Of a stretch of 64,000 nt of DNA, positions 35,997 through 47,153 are shown in pieces (positions within the stretch are counted from its first letter, which is position 1; the number at the start of each line of letters is the position of its first letter). The notes under the pieces were generated by a model. That model did no database searches, was not told the origin of the DNA, and worked only from the letters and a program-made list of their open reading frames with translations. The DNA lies in NCBI GenBank assembly GCA_051531975.1, contig JAOPTT010000002.1, positions 569,968 to 633,967 on the forward strand. Reading direction: 5' to 3'. The stretch is from Spirochaetaceae bacterium. Its GTDB lineage: Bacteria; Spirochaetota; Spirochaetia; DSM-2461. A program made the position numbers and the translations under genes.

Positions 35997-37457
35997 TTAT
36001 AATTCAAGTTTATTTGCAATTTCATTTAATTCTTCAGATGATCGTGCATTTTTATTTGTCTCTTCAACTAACCCTTGTAGTGCATTTGTTATCTGGTTTA
36101 TACCTTCAGATTGTTCTTTTATTGAATCTGTTATTTCATGGGAAATAGATTTAAGGTTTTTAGCATTTTCAAGAATCGTTCCAGTAGCTTTGGCCTGTTC
36201 ACTTGCTGCGGAATCAATGGAATTAACCATATTATCAACACTATTAATTGTATCTACAATGTTATTAATTGCATCAAGAGATTCATTAATATTATTTATA
36301 TTTTGTTCTGCTTTAGTATGACTGTCGTCTGACAACTCTTTTGTTTCCACAACATCTATTTTTATCTCTTTAATAATTTGATCAATTCTTTTAGATGATG
36401 CCTGTGCACTTTCTGCTAATTTTCCTATTTCGTTTGCTACAACACTAAATCCTTTTCCTGACTCTCCTGCATGAGCAGCCTCAATGGCGGCATTCATAGA
36501 TAATAGATTTGTTTGAGCCGAAACGCTATTAATTACTTTTAGAATTTCATCAACTTTCTGTGTTTTTTCATTTAATGAGTTTATTTTATTAGAAATATGT
36601 TCCAAGCTCTCATTTATACCAGAAATAGAATGTAAAGTATCTTTTATTTTTCCTTCTCCTATCCTTGCAACATTAACATTCTCCCTAGATAATACTGAGG
36701 CTTTAGATGAATTCTGGGAAACAGACTCTATACTTGCACTCATCTCTTCAAGAGCAGTAACAGTATCCTCAATAACATTAAATTGTTTTGTAGTATTGTT
36801 ACTTATGCTGCTTAAGTTTTGAGAAAATTGAACTGATGTTGCTGAGAGTTCTTCAGTAGCTGAAGCTTCGAGCTCAATAGTCTCCTTTAAATCTATTGAA
36901 GACTTCTTTAGTTGAGTAACAGCTTTATCCAATCTGGATTTTATTGTTACATCTGAAACAATTTCTATATGCCCAATTTTTTTTGTTTTATCTTTTCTAT
37001 GATAGAGGTAATTAGTATCAACCTGAAAGTTCATATCAAGCCCTTCATTAGTAAAATAGGATCTTGGATCTCCGTTTCTAAGCATCATTACACCACATTT
37101 TGGAGTTTCACATATATCAGCTCCCCAGCGACTGCATTGTTGTCCTACTATTTCATCTCTCTCAACACCTATAATATCTTTTACTGGTTTATTTATAAAT
37201 GTCCAGTTCATATCTATATCTGTAACTGATATTGGATTAGGTATAGAATCTAATAATTGTCCATACCAATCATCAAGATCATAATATGATTTTATCAATA
37301 TATAAATAGTTAAAGCTACAAGTATTATTATTACTGGTATAGAGAAAATAATAACTCCTCCAAGAATAGATTTAAGAATTGTATACGATACTAAATCAAA
37401 TAATGTTAAAGTAGATATGGATATTAAGAGTATAGTTACTAATTTTTTATTTTTCAT
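35997..37457 (-). CDS. Methyl-accepting chemotaxis protein with 2 TM and a Cys-rich PAS domain
   Basis: [30 protein letters not shown] signalling hairpin; PAS with [15 protein letters not shown]. Confidence 0.93.
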   Translation of the reverse strand: MKNKKLVTILLISISTLTLFDLVSYTILKSILGGVIIFSIPVIIILVALTIYILIKSYYDLDDWYGQLLDSIPNPISVTDIDMNWTFINKPVKDIIGVERDEIVGQQCSRWGADICETPKCGVMMLRNGDPRSYFTNEGLDMNFQVDTNYLYHRKDKTKKIGHIEIVSDVTIKSRLDKAVTQLKKSSIDLKETIELEASATEELSATSVQFSQNLSSISNNTTKQFNVIEDTVTALEEMSASIESVSQNSSKASVLSRENVNVARIGEGKIKDTLHSISGINESLEHISNKINSLNEKTQKVDEILKVINSVSAQTNLLSMNAAIEAAHAGESGKGFSVVANEIGKLAESAQASSKRIDQIIKEIKIDVVETKELSDDSHTKAEQNINNINESLDAINNIVDTINSVDNMVNSIDSAASEQAKATGTILENAKNLKSISHEITDSIKEQSEGINQITNALQGLVEETNKNARSSEELNEIANKLEL

Positions 37458-37553
37458 AAACATTCCTTTAATATTTTATAATTAATTATTATATAGAATT
37501 ATTCCATTTACAAATATTTTATTGAGGAAATCTAATTTCGTTAGTTAATACGA

Positions 37554-39821
37554 TTATTTACTTTTTAAAATCTTTTTGATTAATTTGTTAATCTCATAAT
37601 CCATGAAGGGCTTTTTAATAAAACCTGCTAGCCCCATTTTTCTTAGATCATTTATATTTTCGTCCTTAGTATAGCCTGACGAAATTATGACTTTACAGTT
37701 TTCATCAATCATCTTCATCTTCATATATGTTTCACTTCCACTCATATCAGGCATTATCATATCCATAATGACTAAGTCAATATTTCCATACTGCTGCTTA
37801 AAAAGTGTCAAACATTCCATTCCATTCTTTGCTAATAACACCTTATATCCCATCTCTTCAAGCATATCTTTTACAGTTATCCTGATTATTTCTTCATCAT
37901 CTACTAATAATATGATACCTGACCCAGTTACAATAATTGATTCATTTTTTATTAAGATTGCTTTTTTTTCTGAACAGGGAAGTTGAATTGTAAATGTAGT
38001 TCCTATTCCAACCTCACTTCTCACAAATATTGAACCATGATGCCCGAGTATTGTCCCATAAACTGTAGATAACCCAAGCCCAGTGCCTTTCCCTTGTTCC
38101 TTAGTTGTAAAAAATGGATCAAATATTTTTTTTAAATTTTCATATTTTATACCACAACCTGTATCACTAATTTCAATTTCAATATAATTACCTGGTTTGA
38201 TCTTAAATATACTGGATTCACAATATAATTTATCTAATTGCACCTGTTTTGTTCCAAAGATAATTTCACCACCATCAGGCATCGCATGACTAGCATTTAT
38301 TCCTAGATTTAGTAGAGAACTCTGTAAAAAAGAAGAATTTGCTTCTATAAAATGAGGTTTTGAGTTTTTAATAAGTGATATTGTAATTTTTTTATCTAGT
38401 GTGCTTTTTAAAATCTCAATAGTGTTTTCTATAATATTATGAATATCTATTATTTCAAAAGTAAATTTCTCTTTCCTACCTAGTGTTAACAACTGAGAGG
38501 TTAAATCTGCAGCCCTTATAGTAGATTGAAGTATTAACTCTACACACTTAATTCCCTTTTTGTCCAAACCTCTATCTTTTGATAACAATACATTCCCAGC
38601 TGCAGCTATTCCACCAAGCATATTGTTAAAATCATGGGCGATACCCCCAGCAAGTTGCCCTATTGCATCCATTTTACTACTTTGAAATATTTGTTCTTCT
38701 AATATTATACGTTTCGTAATATCGGTTGATATACCGGATAAGGCATAAGTTTCACCCGAACTATTTTTGAGGGGGAATTTAACTGAAATATAGGTGTGCT
38801 CTCCATCTTTCAATTTAGCAGTTTCTTCAAACTCAAGAAGACAATCAGATTCTAATACATTACGATCATTGTCCTGATAGTATTTAGCAATCTCTTCAGG
38901 CATTATTTCGTAATCTGTTTTCCCATAAGCTTCTTTATCTGAAATATTGAAAGCTCGTTCAAACATTCTGTTAACAAATTGATAACGTCCTTCTAGATCT
39001 TTTATGAATATTATTGATGAAGTATTATTCAGTAAATCACGCTGTTGTTGCTGACTCTCTCCCAATGCCTCTTCTGCAATTTTACGCTCAATAATTTCAT
39101 GCTTTGTTGTCTCAAACAACTGTTTTGCTGAAGATGTATCTTTAGAAATCGTAAACTGCCGCATATTATGTCTATTTATATCATTCTTATTTCTTAACTG
39201 GTTTTCTGCAGGATCCTGAACAGCACGTTTTGTTTTTATATTTACTTCTGAATATTTTTTTAACTCATAAATAGATTCATCTAATTTTACTTTCGCAGTA
39301 ATATCTGATACTAATTCTAAGTGCCCTATCTTATTTTTTTTTAAATCATATAGATAGGTTGTATCAACTTGATAATTCTTATCAATGCCCTCATTAACAA
39401 AATAAGAGGTCCCTTCATCTTTTCGTAATAGACAAATGCCACATCTTTCAGTATTACAAATGTCGGCATTCCAGTTAGAACATTGTAATCCAATGGCATC
39501 TTCCCGTGTTCTGCCTATTATATCTTTTACAGAACGGTTAATAAAAGTCCAGTTCATATCTAAATCTGTTATTGACATCGGTAAATAAACAAAATCTAAA
39601 ATTTGTTCATACCAGTTATTTAATTCTTTAAAGGAATTTGATGTCTTTAATACAATAATAACCATATTAATTGAAACTAGTGGTAGTGAAACTAGTAAAA
39701 TGATAAAAGGATTATATTTTGTGACGATTATCAAAATAAAGTCTAAAATAAATATAGCTACCAAAAAAAATAATCCAATAATTAATTGAACAATCATATT
39801 CTTTGTTAACTTTTTATACAT
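37554..39821 (-). CDS. Hybrid histidine kinase with 2 TM, Cys-rich PAS, a second PAS, HisKA, HATPase and REC
   Basis: CSNWNADICNTERCG PAS; GGIAHDFNN; REC; GAGGA RBS before ATG 39821. Confidence 0.92.
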   Translation of the reverse strand: MYKKLTKNMIVQLIIGLFFLVAIFILDFILIIVTKYNPFIILLVSLPLVSINMVIIVLKTSNSFKELNNWYEQILDFVYLPMSITDLDMNWTFINRSVKDIIGRTREDAIGLQCSNWNADICNTERCGICLLRKDEGTSYFVNEGIDKNYQVDTTYLYDLKKNKIGHLELVSDITAKVKLDESIYELKKYSEVNIKTKRAVQDPAENQLRNKNDINRHNMRQFTISKDTSSAKQLFETTKHEIIERKIAEEALGESQQQQRDLLNNTSSIIFIKDLEGRYQFVNRMFERAFNISDKEAYGKTDYEIMPEEIAKYYQDNDRNVLESDCLLEFEETAKLKDGEHTYISVKFPLKNSSGETYALSGISTDITKRIILEEQIFQSSKMDAIGQLAGGIAHDFNNMLGGIAAAGNVLLSKDRGLDKKGIKCVELILQSTIRAADLTSQLLTLGRKEKFTFEIIDIHNIIENTIEILKSTLDKKITISLIKNSKPHFIEANSSFLQSSLLNLGINASHAMPDGGEIIFGTKQVQLDKLYCESSIFKIKPGNYIEIEISDTGCGIKYENLKKIFDPFFTTKEQGKGTGLGLSTVYGTILGHHGSIFVRSEVGIGTTFTIQLPCSEKKAILIKNESIIVTGSGIILLVDDEEIIRITVKDMLEEMGYKVLLAKNGMECLTLFKQQYGNIDLVIMDMIMPDMSGSETYMKMKMIDENCKVIISSGYTKDENINDLRKMGLAGFIKKPFMDYEINKLIKKILKSK

Positions 39822-40003
39822 ATTTATTCCTCTATAAATCATGAATATTTAGAACTGTTATTTAAATTATACTCATATTCATTTCAAAAGATAGGAATAT
39901 CTATTATATAAGCGTTTACATGGACTTGAACAAAAGTTAATACAATACACATTTCTCCTGCAGTCACATCAAAAACTGCATTGTACAGTGTTTCAAAGAA
40001 ATT

Positions 40004-41272
40004 CTACACTATTTTACAAACCAGGGTAATTGAGACTCCAATATCACTATTCTCTATATAAACATCACCATCCATAAGTCTCATAATTTGCCGTATAATA
40101 TAAAGTCCTAGACCATACCCTGGTTTATTTGAAATGTTAGATCCTCTATAAAAGCTATTAAAGACAAACTTCAGCTCTTTTTCAGGAATTTGTTGACCTG
40201 AATTATCTATTGATATTAATAAGTAGTTATCCTCTTCGTAAGATGAGACGTTTATTTTATTTAAATCTCCATATTTGATAATATTTTCTGTAATATTATC
40301 AAATACTTCAGTTATCCTATCCATATCAACTTCTATAAGTTTATTTTCTAGAAAAAAATTGAATTGGTATTCTACATTATAAAGATCGAATTTTTTATAT
40401 ATCAGATCTTCTAATAACTTATAAATATCATTGGCGTAATAATGACTTTTATTAATGTGTATATTTTTGTAACTATTCATTGAACTATTTAATAGATCTG
40501 TCGTTAATGAATCTATTATTTCAACTTTATCTTGTATTATTTTATAAATTTTGTGTTTCTCTTCATCATCATCATATATATCATCCATAAGTGCAGTAGA
40601 GTAGTTTTTAATGCCAGCTAAAGGTGTTTTTATGTCGTGGGAAATACCAGCAATGACAGTTTTTCTCTCTTTCTCTAATCTGTTTGTAATACTTTTTTGT
40701 TCTACCATCTTCTCTCTTATCATATCAAGACCCCATAAAAGCTTTTTAATTTCAGGAGAATTATTATCTATTTCGATTTTTGATACATAACCTTTTGTTA
40801 ATTTCTGGGTTATTTCTGAAATTGTGACAATGGGCTTTATATACCTTTTATAAATATAGAAAAGAAGTATAAAAGTGTATAAAAACATAACAATAAAAAA
40901 GAGAGAGATTGTCATTAAATTCAGTTCTATAATTTTACCAGAGTCTTTAATAATATATTTAACATAAAAGTCACTACTGTTTATTGGAAGTATTACTGAG
41001 ATCTCAGTAACTGGTGTTAATAAAAAATTGTCTAAATTATCATCTAATCCATACTTAAAAATTATAATATCATGAATGAAAGTATAGCTATGTATAAGGT
41101 CTTTATACTTTTCTAAATCTTTAGTATTAAAGTCAGCTGAGATTTGATTATGTAGCCGGTTTACTTCAACGATATATACTTTTTTTTCACTCTTAGATTC
41201 TCTTTCTACCAAAAAAAGAATAAGTGCTAATAGTATTCCCATTAAAATCGTATAATAAATTATTTTTTTCAA
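40004..41272 (-). CDS. Membrane sensor histidine kinase (HAMP, HisKA, HATPase)
   Basis: ISHDIKTPL, NIIKY, FYRGSN, GYGLGL. Confidence 0.93.
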   Translation of the reverse strand: MKKIIYYTILMGILLALILFLVERESKSEKKVYIVEVNRLHNQISADFNTKDLEKYKDLIHSYTFIHDIIIFKYGLDDNLDNFLLTPVTEISVILPINSSDFYVKYIIKDSGKIIELNLMTISLFFIVMFLYTFILLFYIYKRYIKPIVTISEITQKLTKGYVSKIEIDNNSPEIKKLLWGLDMIREKMVEQKSITNRLEKERKTVIAGISHDIKTPLAGIKNYSTALMDDIYDDDEEKHKIYKIIQDKVEIIDSLTTDLLNSSMNSYKNIHINKSHYYANDIYKLLEDLIYKKFDLYNVEYQFNFFLENKLIEVDMDRITEVFDNITENIIKYGDLNKINVSSYEEDNYLLISIDNSGQQIPEKELKFVFNSFYRGSNISNKPGYGLGLYIIRQIMRLMDGDVYIENSDIGVSITLVCKIV

Positions 41273-41949
41273 TCTATACCCTCAAATCTATATCCAATTC
41301 CCCACTTAGTTATTATTGATATTGGTTTTTTAGGATTTTTTTCTATTTTTTCTCTTAGTTTATTAATATGTACAGTCAGAGTGGAGAGTTCACTATCACT
41401 CTCCATTCCCCATATTTTATTAAAAATAATCTCCTTTTTTAATATTTTTCCTTTGTTGTCTATAAGTAGCTTTAACAGGTCAAACTCTTTTGTTGCTAAT
41501 TGTAACTCTTTTTTTCCTAGAAAGACCTGTCTGCTTTGGGTTAATAATGTTAGAGAGCCCTCTTCTATTTTCTCTCTTTTATCTGCCATTTCATAATTTC
41601 TTCTCATATTTGCTTTCACTCTAGCAACTAGTTCATTTAACGCATAAGGTTTAACAATATAATCGTCTGCACCTAACTCTAAACCTAGTATTTTATCCTC
41701 TTCATAGTTTTTAGCACTAACTATAATAATAGGGATATTAGACCTTTCTCTAACCTCTTCACAGATGGTATATCCATCTATACCAGGAAGCATAATGTCT
41801 AATATTAGCAGTTTAATATCATGGTCCTTAATATATTCTAAAGCATCTTCTCCATTTGAAACAATCTTTGTAGAAAATCCTGCATTATCTAGGTATTTTT
41901 TTGCCATCATCTGTAAATCTTTATCATCTTCAACCAATAAAATATCCAT
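41269..41949 (-). CDS. OmpR/PhoB-family response regulator
   Basis: LVEDD, LDIMLP, GADDYIVKP, VHINKLREKIE, WGIGYRF. Confidence 0.96.
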   Translation of the reverse strand: MDILLVEDDKDLQMMAKKYLDNAGFSTKIVSNGEDALEYIKDHDIKLLILDIMLPGIDGYTICEEVRERSNIPIIIVSAKNYEEDKILGLELGADDYIVKPYALNELVARVKANMRRNYEMADKREKIEEGSLTLLTQSRQVFLGKKELQLATKEFDLLKLLIDNKGKILKKEIIFNKIWGMESDSELSTLTVHINKLREKIEKNPKKPISIITKWGIGYRFEGID

Positions 41950-41968
41950 AACATAAACTCCTATTTAT

Positions 41969-42730
41969 CTACCAACCCATATCAAATAGCCAATTTGTAA
42001 GCTTTCTCTCTCTCTCTTTTAAGTGTACCTCATTTTTATCAGATTTACCTAAATTCAATTCACCTTCAATAATTCCATCATTCAAGAAGATAACTCTTTC
42101 TGTTTGTGCAGCAACTTTTGCATCATGAGTTACTAACATTATAGTTTTTCCAGCTTCGTTTATATCTGTGAGAATATCAATTATCTGTTTAGCAGAGCTT
42201 GAGTTAAGAGCTCCTGTAGGTTCATCTCCAAATATGATATCCGGTTCATTAATTAAGGATCTACAAATAGCAGCTCGTTGTAATTGTCCACCAGAGACCT
42301 GTGTTATGTCATTATCACTTAGTTCCCTAATTCCTGTCATAGTCATAAGATCTAAAGCCCTCTTTTTAACTTCAGCTCTGGTGCTAATTTTTGATTTATA
42401 ACCTGAAACAAGTATATTATCTAATATGTCCAGGTTCTTTAGCAGATGTGAGTTCTGAAATATGAAACCCATTTTATTAAGTCGAAATACTGACATCTCA
42501 TTTTCAGAAAAAACATTGATCTCTTTATTATTAAAAAAGACACTTCCTGATGTTATTTTATCCATTCCACTTACGTTGTATAACAGTGTAGATTTCCCAG
42601 AACCAGACGGACCCATTACTGTAACAAACTCACCTTTTTTTATCTTTAAATTGATATTTCTTAATACGTGATTTTGTTTTTTATTAACTACATATGTTTT
42701 ACATAAATCTTTAGTTTCAATTATATTCAT
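41969..42730 (-). CDS. ABC exporter ATP-binding protein (LolD/MacB type)
   Basis: GPSGSGKS, SGGQLQR, DEPTGAL, VTHD. Confidence 0.96.
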   Translation of the reverse strand: MNIIETKDLCKTYVVNKKQNHVLRNINLKIKKGEFVTVMGPSGSGKSTLLYNVSGMDKITSGSVFFNNKEINVFSENEMSVFRLNKMGFIFQNSHLLKNLDILDNILVSGYKSKISTRAEVKKRALDLMTMTGIRELSDNDITQVSGGQLQRAAICRSLINEPDIIFGDEPTGALNSSSAKQIIDILTDINEAGKTIMLVTHDAKVAAQTERVIFLNDGIIEGELNLGKSDKNEVHLKERERKLTNWLFDMGW

Positions 42731-42742
42731 TGTCTGTCTCCT

Positions 42743-45079
42743 CTATTCGGCTTGTAATTTAGTTATTGAAATATCTTGAATTGATAATGTACTCAAAAAT
42801 ATTGTTACAAAAACTGATATAAAAAATATTGTAGGGTATAAAATATATGATAATAACGGATTTATAATGAAGCGTATTTCTGAAATACCTCTTCCGGATA
42901 AAACCCCACCCATTATAGATGAGCCTAGTGTATTTGCTAAAATTGAACCAAATATTAGACCACCTAGTAATATAATAAAACCTCTCGTAATATACTGCTT
43001 TTGTATATCCCATTTCTTAAACCCTAAACTTTTCATTATAGCAATTTGATCAAACTCTTTAGCTGTTAACATTTTAATAAAAAGAGATGATATAAGTATA
43101 GAAATACAAATTGATATCGTAAGCGCTATAAATGTTAATAGTTCTAACTGCTCCAATGTTGACCCAAAAGTTTCATCAATATATCCGTCTAGACTTGTTA
43201 TTTTTGCATTTGGGAATCTATTTTCAAAACCTTTGATTTTTGATTTGTTATTCTCCAAAACATTTAACTGAATCATATACCACATAACTAAATCATGGTC
43301 AGGTTGAATCTTTGCTCTAGCTGTTTTCCCACCATTGGTAATATCTTGATATATACCCGTTACAACCAATTTTTTAATTTCACCGGATATTTCTAGTAAG
43401 AGATATTCTCCTACACCTATATCTAAATCCTGTGCAGTAAGTGATGATATAGAGATCTCATTTATTAACATGGGATTTGATCCTCTGCTATAAATTACAG
43501 GGAATGTATTTATATCACCTGATTCAACAAGAAGATCCTCTTCTTCTCCATTTTTTAGAGTAATTATATATCTACAAATTATTCGCCTGGCAAACTCTGT
43601 AACATCTGGATCAGACTGTATATCTTTAAGGATAGATTCGAAGTCTGTTTTCATAGTATCACTCTGTCTTACATTTATTAAAACATCACTTTTACCCATC
43701 CCCATATAGGATACAAAGTTAGGGGATTTAATTGTGGTGTAGAAGTTTAATGGTAGAATAACTATAAAAACAGCTATTACAAACAGAAAGAATATTAGAC
43801 CATATGATTTTGACTTTAATACAACATCTTTTAGTGCTAATAACATATCGATGCTTAAAACTTTACTATTTTTTAATGAAAACAACTTTCTATTTTTATA
43901 TGTTTCACCACTATTACCAAGTCTTATAGCATCCACAGCTGAAATTCTTTTAAATCTTCTTAGGGTTAAGTAGCAAAAAAACAGAATAAGGCAAAAAACA
44001 AGTATAACAGCCAATACAGGAATAATTATCCCAGCTTCTGTCTTTTCTGAAGTTCCAAAATATAACAGAATATTTGACGATAACAAACTATTTACTTTAA
44101 ATGATATGACATAACCAATAATACATGCAAATAAAGATTCAATAAAATACTTCATCATGTACATTTTCATTATCTCAAAATATTTGAACCCGATTGCTTT
44201 CATAACTCCGATCTCTTTATAGTCTTCTTCAATGGTTGATAAAATTGTATACCTAATACATAGCACAGCAATTATTATTAAAAGAAAACTTATTAAAATT
44301 ATGACTGAAGCAATTAAACCATCAGTTAGTGCATTCATAACCTTAAATAGATTATAATCTACTGCTGGTCCTTTTTTAGGAAGATCTGAAGAACTATAGA
44401 TTTTAGAAAATTCCGAAATGTCTTCTCTATTATTGAGTGTAAATGAGATCAAAAATTCTATTCCATCTGAGTATTCTTCTAGATCATTAAAGTCCTTATC
44501 GCTTAATAACAGTCTTTTGGTACTTATTATTGATGGACCCATCAGAGCATCTCGACTAAATGATTTAATGCTGTATATTTTATTTAATCCTTCAGCTTGA
44601 TTAATCTCTAAACTATCTCCAACCTTAAGTTCGTATTTCTCCATGAAAAAAAGTGGTATCGAAATCTCACCAGGACTTAAATGAATTGGCTTGTTTTGGA
44701 GATCTAATAATAGATCAAATCTTGGGTTCTGCCTTACAAATGCTAACTCAATAACATCATCTTTTAATGGCTCCGTACTATTACTAAACCAGACAGATGA
44801 ACCTTTAATATGAATCATTTTACTGACTTGTTTATCACTAATTAAACTACTGTTTGAAGCCCAGGAGTTAATCTCATTTATATCGATATCCCCTTGATGT
44901 TGCTGGAGAAAATCAGGAACTTTTGCTTTATCAAATAAGTTATCCACCGAGCTAGTTAAATCTAATATTAAATTGACTCCACTAGACATAAATAGGGATG
45001 AAATAACAATAAAAGCAAAAAGTGTGATTGTTATGACTTTTTTTCGTTTAAAATCTTTTTTAAGCATTTTAATATACAT
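42743..45079 (-). CDS. FtsX/MacB-type ABC permease (duplicated permease domain)
   Basis: EIGVMKAIGF and QIAIMKSLGF permease motifs; two large periplasmic loops. Confidence 0.92.
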   Translation of the reverse strand: MYIKMLKKDFKRKKVITITLFAFIVISSLFMSSGVNLILDLTSSVDNLFDKAKVPDFLQQHQGDIDINEINSWASNSSLISDKQVSKMIHIKGSSVWFSNSTEPLKDDVIELAFVRQNPRFDLLLDLQNKPIHLSPGEISIPLFFMEKYELKVGDSLEINQAEGLNKIYSIKSFSRDALMGPSIISTKRLLLSDKDFNDLEEYSDGIEFLISFTLNNREDISEFSKIYSSSDLPKKGPAVDYNLFKVMNALTDGLIASVIILISFLLIIIAVLCIRYTILSTIEEDYKEIGVMKAIGFKYFEIMKMYMMKYFIESLFACIIGYVISFKVNSLLSSNILLYFGTSEKTEAGIIIPVLAVILVFCLILFFCYLTLRRFKRISAVDAIRLGNSGETYKNRKLFSLKNSKVLSIDMLLALKDVVLKSKSYGLIFFLFVIAVFIVILPLNFYTTIKSPNFVSYMGMGKSDVLINVRQSDTMKTDFESILKDIQSDPDVTEFARRIICRYIITLKNGEEEDLLVESGDINTFPVIYSRGSNPMLINEISISSLTAQDLDIGVGEYLLLEISGEIKKLVVTGIYQDITNGGKTARAKIQPDHDLVMWYMIQLNVLENNKSKIKGFENRFPNAKITSLDGYIDETFGSTLEQLELLTFIALTISICISILISSLFIKMLTAKEFDQIAIMKSLGFKKWDIQKQYITRGFIILLGGLIFGSILANTLGSSIMGGVLSGRGISEIRFIINPLLSYILYPTIFFISVFVTIFLSTLSIQDISITKLQAE

Positions 45080-45090
45080 ATCTATATCCT

Positions 45091-47010
45091 TTATTTAAAA
45101 ATATACTTAGAAACAGTAATATTTGCTGACCAACCTGGATTTGACTCTCTAACCGCATTCCAAGATAAATCTGCTTCTATTCCTAACTCAATATCAAAAG
45201 GTAACATTAATGCTATACCCAACCCACTTCCATGGTAAAAATTAGTGTCTACAACATCTAAAAAGATATCATGTTTTACAAAAACCAAAAATGTATCGCT
45301 TAGTATATCATAGTTAAAATCAAGGTTTAGTATAACGGCATTATCAGATCGGTATTCTGATTCAAGATAACCACTAAGACGTGGCCCTTCTCCTAGAAGA
45401 TCACTTGCTCCTATCTCCCACTTTTCAGATTCGTATAAGTTTATCCCTGCGTAGTGACCAATAGATAGGGATATAAAACTTCTATCAACTGGTTTAAAAT
45501 CATAACTTAATACATTTTTAAACTTTCCAGCTGGTGACTCATCGTGGGTATAGAGGTTTTCGGAATATCCCCAAGATTCAAAATTTGGTTTGTAAATTAT
45601 TGATGAATTAGAAAGAAATGAAAATCCAACAGTTGATCCAAATGCTCCAGGAAGTGATGATTCTTTAGTTGTTAAAGAGAATTCCATATCACCAGTATAG
45701 GTATAATTGTTTTCTGGAGTTATAAATCCATCTGTACTACCCTCAAAATCAGTTATAGAGATATTATGATTTGTTGATAGTGTTACCCCAAAATCAGAAG
45801 TTTTAATAATACTTAGAGAGATGTTTGTCATAGGTGTTGTGACACCCCAATCTGTTTCAACTCCGTTCTCAATAAAAGTATATGGATTTGATATAAACAG
45901 ACTATCGGCATGTAATTTAAAGTTGAATGGTAGGGATAGATTCTCTTTTATCGTATAGTCAATTCCCAAAAAAATACCTGCTGTAATTAAAATAAACTCA
46001 TTCCCAGTACCTAAGAAGTTACTATCAGAAAATAGGTATAGGGGTGCTCCTGAATAATTAATATCATCAGAATTTGTATTTGTTCCTCGTATGTTTCCAA
46101 GAAATGCATGAACCTTTGTATTATCTTCATTTAAAGTTAATTTTAGATTTACAAGATCATCTGTTTTTGAAGACTCAATCTGAACAGAGTTAATAGATGG
46201 CATCTTTTCAATTAGATCGATTATTTTCTGTTTAATCTCAAAATTATAGATTTCTCCCTCTAACTCTTTAACTAATGCATATGTTTTAGTAATCTTGGTT
46301 TTTAAATTATCATCTATACTAATTTCACCAATTTTTAGACCTTCATTTACAATAGTTATCTCTTTATAGTTCTCGTTTGCTTGATAATGATATGGATTTA
46401 ACTGAATTACCCTTACATAATAATCCTTTGCTTTAACATGATCCTCTTTCATAAAATAATAGTCACCCATTAGATATAAAACATCTGGATTATTAGGATA
46501 TTCAGATTCTAATTCCATAAGCTTTTTTAGGCCAACTTTTTCATTACCACCTGCAACTTCAGGAAAGAATATCAATGAAAAAACCTCTAAGATTCTAGTA
46601 TCAATACTTTTAGGATCTAGTTCTACAGAGAGTTTAAAATATTTCTCCTTTTCTTTTGAATTAGATAACAGAGTAGCCAAATCAATAATTCTTGCTTCAT
46701 ATAACTTTGCTAGCCTGTAATAATTTACAGCAGGATTAATTCCCTCATTAGCTAAAGCCTTTATTTCCGGTATAGCTAAAGATATTATATTCTCGATTTT
46801 AGACTGAGGTGCAGATGTCTGTTGTAAAACCCAAAAGTAAGAATATAATAAATCTGCTTTTTCAACTCGATCTTCCCACTTTTCCCCAGAAATATACTCA
46901 CGTAATTCTTCTGCTTTATATTGAGTTCTAAGAACTTCAATTTCTGTTGCAGATGTGGAAAGCATTACATTAAAAAATAGACATACACATAAAATTTTTA
47001 TACTTTTCAT
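45091..47010 (-). CDS. Exported TPR + POTRA-like + Omp85-like beta-barrel outer-membrane protein
   Basis: Signal peptide; TPR (DVLYLMGDYYF...AKDYYVRVIQLNP); POTRA-like IGEISIDDNLKT...VNLKLTLNE; DSNFLGTG; C-terminal amphipathic strands ending YIFK. Confidence 0.6.
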   Translation of the reverse strand: MKSIKILCVCLFFNVMLSTSATEIEVLRTQYKAEELREYISGEKWEDRVEKADLLYSYFWVLQQTSAPQSKIENIISLAIPEIKALANEGINPAVNYYRLAKLYEARIIDLATLLSNSKEKEKYFKLSVELDPKSIDTRILEVFSLIFFPEVAGGNEKVGLKKLMELESEYPNNPDVLYLMGDYYFMKEDHVKAKDYYVRVIQLNPYHYQANENYKEITIVNEGLKIGEISIDDNLKTKITKTYALVKELEGEIYNFEIKQKIIDLIEKMPSINSVQIESSKTDDLVNLKLTLNEDNTKVHAFLGNIRGTNTNSDDINYSGAPLYLFSDSNFLGTGNEFILITAGIFLGIDYTIKENLSLPFNFKLHADSLFISNPYTFIENGVETDWGVTTPMTNISLSIIKTSDFGVTLSTNHNISITDFEGSTDGFITPENNYTYTGDMEFSLTTKESSLPGAFGSTVGFSFLSNSSIIYKPNFESWGYSENLYTHDESPAGKFKNVLSYDFKPVDRSFISLSIGHYAGINLYESEKWEIGASDLLGEGPRLSGYLESEYRSDNAVILNLDFNYDILSDTFLVFVKHDIFLDVVDTNFYHGSGLGIALMLPFDIELGIEADLSWNAVRESNPGWSANITVSKYIFK

Positions 47011-47153
47011 AGCATAACTCCTTAATTATAAATTAGTATAAAATACCAATTCTAAAGAAATCCTTAACTATGAAAACTTTTTATGTAAATCTGGATTTTC
47101 TAAGCACTAAAGAGATTTATTGCCAAATATCATAAGTGCCCTTATTATGACTT

